Origin: Squalus acanthias
Taxonomy: Eukaryota
Direction of reading: 5' to 3'
Length of the DNA stretch: 64,000 bases
Assembly (NCBI GenBank): GCA_030390025.1
Contig: JASTWF010000035.1
Coordinates: forward strand, 2,542,001-2,606,000
In this document: positions 59,165 to 64,000 of the stretch, piece after piece
Layout of the letters: each line of letters starts with the position of its first letter
How positions within the stretch are numbered: the first letter of the stretch is position 1
The notes under the pieces: model-generated
Told to the model about the DNA's origin: nothing
Seen by the model: only the letters and a program-made list of their open reading frames with translations
Database searches by the model: none
Made by a program: the position numbers and the translations under genes

Positions 59165-60558
59165 TAGAAACATAGAACATAGAAACATAGAAAAATAGGA
59201 GCAGGAGTAGTCCATTCGGCCCTTTGAGCCTGCTCTGCCATTCAATATGATCATGGCTGATCCTCTATCTCAAGACCATATTCCCGCTCTCTCCCCATAC
59301 CCCTTGACGCCTTTTGTGTCTAGAAATCTATCTACTTCTTAAATATATTCAGTGACTTGGCCTCCACAGCCTTCTGTGGTAGAGAATTCCACAGGTTCAC
59401 CACCCTCTGAGTGAAGAAATTTCTCCTCAACTCAGTCCTAAATGTCCTACCCCGTATCCTGAGACTGTGACCCCTCGTTCTAGACCCCCCCAGCCAGGGG
59501 AAACATCCTCCCTGCATCCAGTCTGTCTAGCCCTGTCAGAATCTTATATGTTTCAATGAGATCCCCTCTCATTCTTCTAAACTCGAGTGAATACAGGCCT
59601 AGTCGACCCAATCTCTCCTCATTCGACAATCCCACCTAGTTTCGTGTCGTCAGCAAACTTGGAAATATTACATTTGGTTCCCTCATCCAAATCATTGATA
59701 TATATTGTGAATAGCTGGGGCCCAAGCACTAATCCCTGCGGTACCCCACTAGTCACCGCCTGCCACCCCGAAAAAGACCCATTTATTCCTACTCTCTGTT
59801 TCCTGTCTGTTAACCAATTTTCAATCCATGCCAGTATATTGCCCCCAATCCCATGTGCTTTAATTTTGCACACTAACCTCTTATGTGGGACTTTATCAAA
59901 GGCCTTCTTAAAATCCAAATACACCACATCCACTGGTTCTCCCTTATCTATTCTACCAGTTACATCCTCAAAAAACTCCAGTAGGTTTGTCAAACACGAT
60001 TTCCCTTTCATAAATCCATGTTGACTTTGTCTAATCCCGTTGATATTTTCTAAGTGTCCTGTTATCACATCCTTTATAATAGATTCTAGCATTTTCCCTA
60101 CTACTGATGTTAGACTAACCGGTCTGTAGTTCCCAGTTTTCTCTCTCCCTCCTTTTTTAAATAGTGGGGTTACATTTGCCACCCTCCAATCTGCAGGAAC
60201 TGTTCCATAATCTGTAGAATTTTGGAAGATGACAACCAATGCATTCACTATTTCCATGGCTACCTCTTTTAGTAAGTACTCTGGGATGCAGATTATCAGG
60301 CTCTGGGGATTTATTAGCTTTCAGTCCCATTAGTTTCTCCAGCACTATTTTTTTTACTAATACTAATTTCCTTTAATTCCTCCTTCTCACTAGACCCTTG
60401 GTTCCCTAGCATTTCTGGGAAGTTATTTGTGTCCTCTTCCGTAAAGACAGAAGTGTTTAATTGCTCTGCAATTTCCTTGTTCCCCATTATAAATTCTCCT
60501 GTTTCTGACTGTAAGGGACCTACATTTGTCTTCACTAATCTTTTTCTTTTTACATACT
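59165..60558 (-). mobile_element. CR1 with internal deletion, same subfamily as 30595-32580
   Basis: ORF 59619-60257 is nearly identical in peptide to part of 31019-32191. Confidence 0.92.
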
Positions 60559-60559
60559 G

Positions 60560-61065
60560 GTTGGCCTCCCACCTTCTACCCTCCGTAAACTTGAGGTCAT
60601 CCAAAACTCTACTGCCTGTGTCCTAACTCGCACCAAGTCCCGTTCACCCATCACCCCTGTGCTTGCTGACGTGCATTGGCTCCCGGTGAAAAAACAGCTC
60701 GATTTTAAAATCCTCATCCTTGTTCAAATCCCTCTCTACCTCTGTAATCTCCAGCCCACAACCCCCCTAGATTTCTGCGATCCTCTAATTCTGGCCTCTT
60801 GAGCATCCATGATTTTAATCGCTCAACCATTGGTGGCCGTGTCTTCCGCTGCCGAGGCCCGAAGCTCTGAAATTCCCTCCCTAAACCTCTCTGCCTCTCT
60901 ACCTCTCTCTCCTCCTTTCAGATGCTCCTTAAAACCTACCTCTTTGACCAAGGTCTGCCATAATATCTCCTTATGTGGCTCGGTGTCAGATTTTGATTGA
61001 TAATCGTTCCTGTGAAGCTCCCTGGGACGTTAAAGGCGCTATATAAATGCAAGTTGTAGTTGTTA
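60560..61065 (+). mobile_element. L2-clade 3' fragment
   Basis: Colinear with 45975-46430; tail ggcgctatataaatgcaagttg. Confidence 0.75.
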
Positions 61066-61227
61066 TATGCAGTCAGCAGGAGGCGGTGAGAGGAAGCATT
61101 CTATTGAAGCCACAGTCTTAACTGTCTCTATTGTAGCCAAGCATGTATCAACTAAGGTAAACTGTTAGAATGCCCCACATGGGTGAAGAGCTTGCTTTTA
61201 TGTGACCCACGTCTGTTCCATTTACAG

Positions 61228-61306
61228 GGTCCTTGTACCAGAAGGGTTTCAGGTCTCATATTATGATGCAAATGGAACTCTGGTGACGGAGCAAAACAGC
61301 GCCCTG
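61228..61306 (+). CDS. ADAM paralog B, exon 4 (prodomain)
   Basis: Acceptor ttccatttacag, 79-bp exon, donor gtgaga. (Q)VLVPEGFQVSYYDANGTLVTEQNSAL matches the L-x-P-x-x-F-x-x-x-x-Y-x-x-x-G motif; phases 2/0 fit exon 3. Confidence 0.9.
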
Positions 61307-61504
61307 GTGAGAGATCGCACATTACATTTAAGCAGCATTACAGTGTTTGTGTTCCCTTATCATTGGACTGAGAAGTGGTTGAATGATTAAAGGTTGCGCC
61401 CAAAGTTTGAAACTAACAACCGTTTTGACATAACACTAAATAAAGAATTAATACTTCCAGCAGGTCCAAGGAACTGAGATGCTGAAACAAGCACTAATAT
61501 TACA

Positions 61505-61994
61505 ATTTATTTTATTCTTGGAATGTGGACACTGGAAATGCCGGCACTTATTGTCCGTCTCTAGTTACCCTGAGAAGGTGATGGTGAGCCTTCTCATAAA
61601 TCACTGCAGTCTGTGTGGTAAAGGTGCTCCCACAATGCTGTTTAGCGGTTTGATACAACGGGTAAGGACGGCAGCTTTCCTTCCCTAAAGGACATTCGGG
61701 AACCAGTTGGGATTTTACAACAATTCAACAGCTTCATTTTTACTGATACCAGATTTTTAGAAACATAGAAAACATTGAAAAATATGAGCAGGAGTAGGCC
61801 ATTCGGTCCTTCGAGCCTGCTCCGCCATTCAATATGATCATGGTTGATCCTCTATCTCAATATTTCCATATTTTAAAAACTGAATTCAAATTCTCAAACT
61901 TCCATCATGGATTTGAACTCGCCTTCTTTAGAATATTAGGCCACATCGCTGGTTTCCGACTCCAGTAACATAATCACTACACTACCATACTCCC
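61505..61994 (-). mobile_element. SINE-like bipartite deletion derivative of the tRNA-headed LINE, with a CR1 tail inserted at ~61759-61862
   Basis: Head and 5' UTR (gagttcaaatcc; ctttagggaaggaaagctgccgtccttacc; ttgtatcaaaccgcta) are joined near 61642 directly to the LINE 3' end (aacagcattgtgggagcacc...gaaggctcaccatcaccttctcaggg). Confidence 0.8.
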
Positions 61995-62879
61995 TTAAAA
62001 CTAGTCAAACTTGAATAGATTTACTACTGAAATATTAAACCTACAAATCCTATTCTGTTATTTTTCCTTCACTTACTGTTCTTACGATTCCAATTCTCAG
62101 TATCCATTTTGGAGGTGACAGTAAGGTTGTCATTGGATAAACACTGGCCTTAAGCAATCCATATCATACTGTTTGAAATGGAGATGGGGCAGAATTGCCT
62201 ATTTTGACATTTCTGGCTGTGCCACTCTGAACCAACTGTCAGAAGGTGTGTGAGAGTGGTCCGGATCTAACTCTACTGCTGATTACCTCTCTATCCCTTT
62301 GAAGAACACCAGGGGAACGAGTAGTGATGTGATGGAGACTGAAAGTTTGTTGGTTGAGCATCTATCTAAGGCACTGCATGTGATGCTGCCCAGTATGCTG
62401 GTTCTCTGCATTAGGCTGGAATGTTGTGCTTCTGTCCTTCAGATGCCCCACATGATGCTTTTTTGATCTCGGACGCACCATCATGTGTAGATGTGGAATG
62501 CAGGGAAACCTGCCCCGGGTTGATTCTCCCTCAACCTCTTGTACTTCCTAATGCCCGATTACAGAGTGCCTTTGGGAGATCCCGTGGAGCAGGTTATCCG
62601 CTTGCCCCGAGTACCAGCGAACAGTGTTAGGGACTGACGACGTAAAAAAGGTGAGAAAATATTAACAGGAACCAGAGATAAAACTATTTCCTGTCGCTTC
62701 TACGTAAGTTTTTGCTTCCTGGGAGGTGGCAGCTGTGCCAAGGTCATGAAGGGCGAAGTAAATGGCAACACAGCATCTGAGTGCAGGAATCTTACTACCC
62801 ATCGTTAGCATATAACTGCTCAGAAGATCAAATTCTAGCTGTTAAGGACCTTCATCTCTCCTCACTAATGTTGGGCAAG

Positions 62880-62990
62880 AAGGTGCTGAGGGAGTAATGC
62901 AGTGTCAGAGGTGCCGTCTTTCAGATGAGACGTTAAACCGGGCCGCGTTTGCCCTCTCAGGTGGACGTAAAAGATCATATGGCACTAATC
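62880..62990 (+). mobile_element. DeuSINE central (Deu) domain fragment
   Basis: gaggtgccgtctttcagatgagacgttaaaccg...ctctcaggtggacgtaaaagatc resembles the AmnSINE1/SacSINE1/SINE3 core (recognised from memory). Confidence 0.7.
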
Positions 62991-63348
62991 CATAGAATAG
63001 AATCATAGAATGGTTACAGCATGGAAGAAGGCCATTCGGCCCATTGAGCCCGTGCTGGCTCTCTGCAAGAGCACTTCAGCTCGTCCCACTCATAATCATA
63101 GAGTCATACGGCACAGAAGGAGGCCATTCGGCCCACCGAGTCCGTGCTGGCTCTCTGCAAGAACACTTCAGCTCGTCCCACTCATAATCATAGAGTCATA
63201 GGGCACAGAAGGAGGCCATTCGGCCCACCGAGTCCGTGCTGGCTCTCTGTAGAGCAATCCAGTCAGTCCCACTCCCCTGCTCTATCCCCACAGCCCAGCA
63301 AGTTTATTTCCCTCAAGTGCCTATCCAGTCTCCCCTTGAAAACATTGA
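62991..63348 (-). mobile_element. CR1 3' tail with the terminal ~90 bp in three tandem copies
   Basis: The block ggccattcggccca...gtgctggctctctg occurs near 63030, 63122 and 63214. Confidence 0.8.
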
Positions 63349-64000
63349 GGGCTGGATTTTCTGAATGGAGACGTGTTGGAGGCGGGACTGCTGCTTGCTG
63401 GGTCTCCGTCCCGCCTCCATCATCTTCTGGCCAACCAGCAGGATTTTCCCCTGATGGACCTTGTTAAGCCCGCCCTGCGGGCTCAGCAGGCCAATTAGGG
63501 GGAAGTCACTGACAGAGCACGTCAACGTCTGACGTGCCATCTGTCAAGATTTCTTGAAAGAAGAAATGTCAGCGTTTGACAGCTCTGTGAAGCTGTCAAA
63601 CACTGACATTCTGTGTAGTTTGATGAGCCCTTGTGTTCAGGACTTATCAAACCTTTCTACTTTGTAGAAATCAGATGACTGTTGGTTTGGAGGATCCAAC
63701 AGCCAGTCTGTGAAATCGACAATGAAGATGTCAGGACTCCGGATCCAGAGCGGCTGAAGGCTGTAGGCAGAAACAAAGGTAAGTGAACATTTTCTAACAC
63801 TTTACACTCACCTCACATATTTACCACTCCACACTTGCACCCATCACTCACCTCTACATTGCACTTTCAGACCCCTCCGACGCCCGCAGACCTCCTTCAC
63901 GTCTCCTCCACCACGGCGGGGTTCTCCGAGGTCGGGAAGCCTGAACTTGAAAAGGTAAAATGGGACTAATCCTTTTTTCTGCCTGTTAACTACCTGTTAA
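63349..64000 (-). mobile_element. Harbinger-type MITE related to 48608-49430, opposite orientation, cut by the window edge
   Basis: Starts gggctggatttt; contains gtttgacagctctgtgaagctgtcaaacactgac, the reverse complement of sequence near 49170-49210. Confidence 0.8.

Noticed and set aside
61307..64000. Next ADAM exon (expected C-x-Y-x-G motif)
   Set aside because: No splice-bounded match was found by eye; it is probably beyond the window.

Overview
Eukaryotic genomic DNA dominated by repeats. The CR1, L2, DeuSINE, Penelope and Harbinger content suggests a cartilaginous fish, but this is inference. The ORF track misses the host genes, which are spliced. Reading splice sites gives two divergently oriented ADAM-family (reprolysin M12B) metalloprotease paralogs. 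Gene A (minus strand) shows a signal-peptide exon at 5560-5779 and a prodomain exon at 334-443, then runs off the left edge. Gene B (plus strand) shows prodomain exons at 22690-22805, 55967-56043 and 61228-61306; its first exon probably lies in the N-gap at 20741-21159 beside an NRF1-motif array. The rest is minisatellites and nested transposons: many CR1 fragments; two copies of an ORF1-less APE-RT LINE with a tRNA-derived head, plus its SINE-like deletion derivative; a ~1.5 kb solo LTR; a Penelope element with hammerhead motifs; an RTE 3' end; a decayed two-gene Harbinger with related MITEs; and a young intact Gypsy element. The Gypsy element has no tRNA primer-binding site. Instead it has an 11-nt PBS complementary to its own LTR (a self-priming signature) and a YLDN RT motif. 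Transposon boundaries without a stated TSD are approximate, and no database searches were run.
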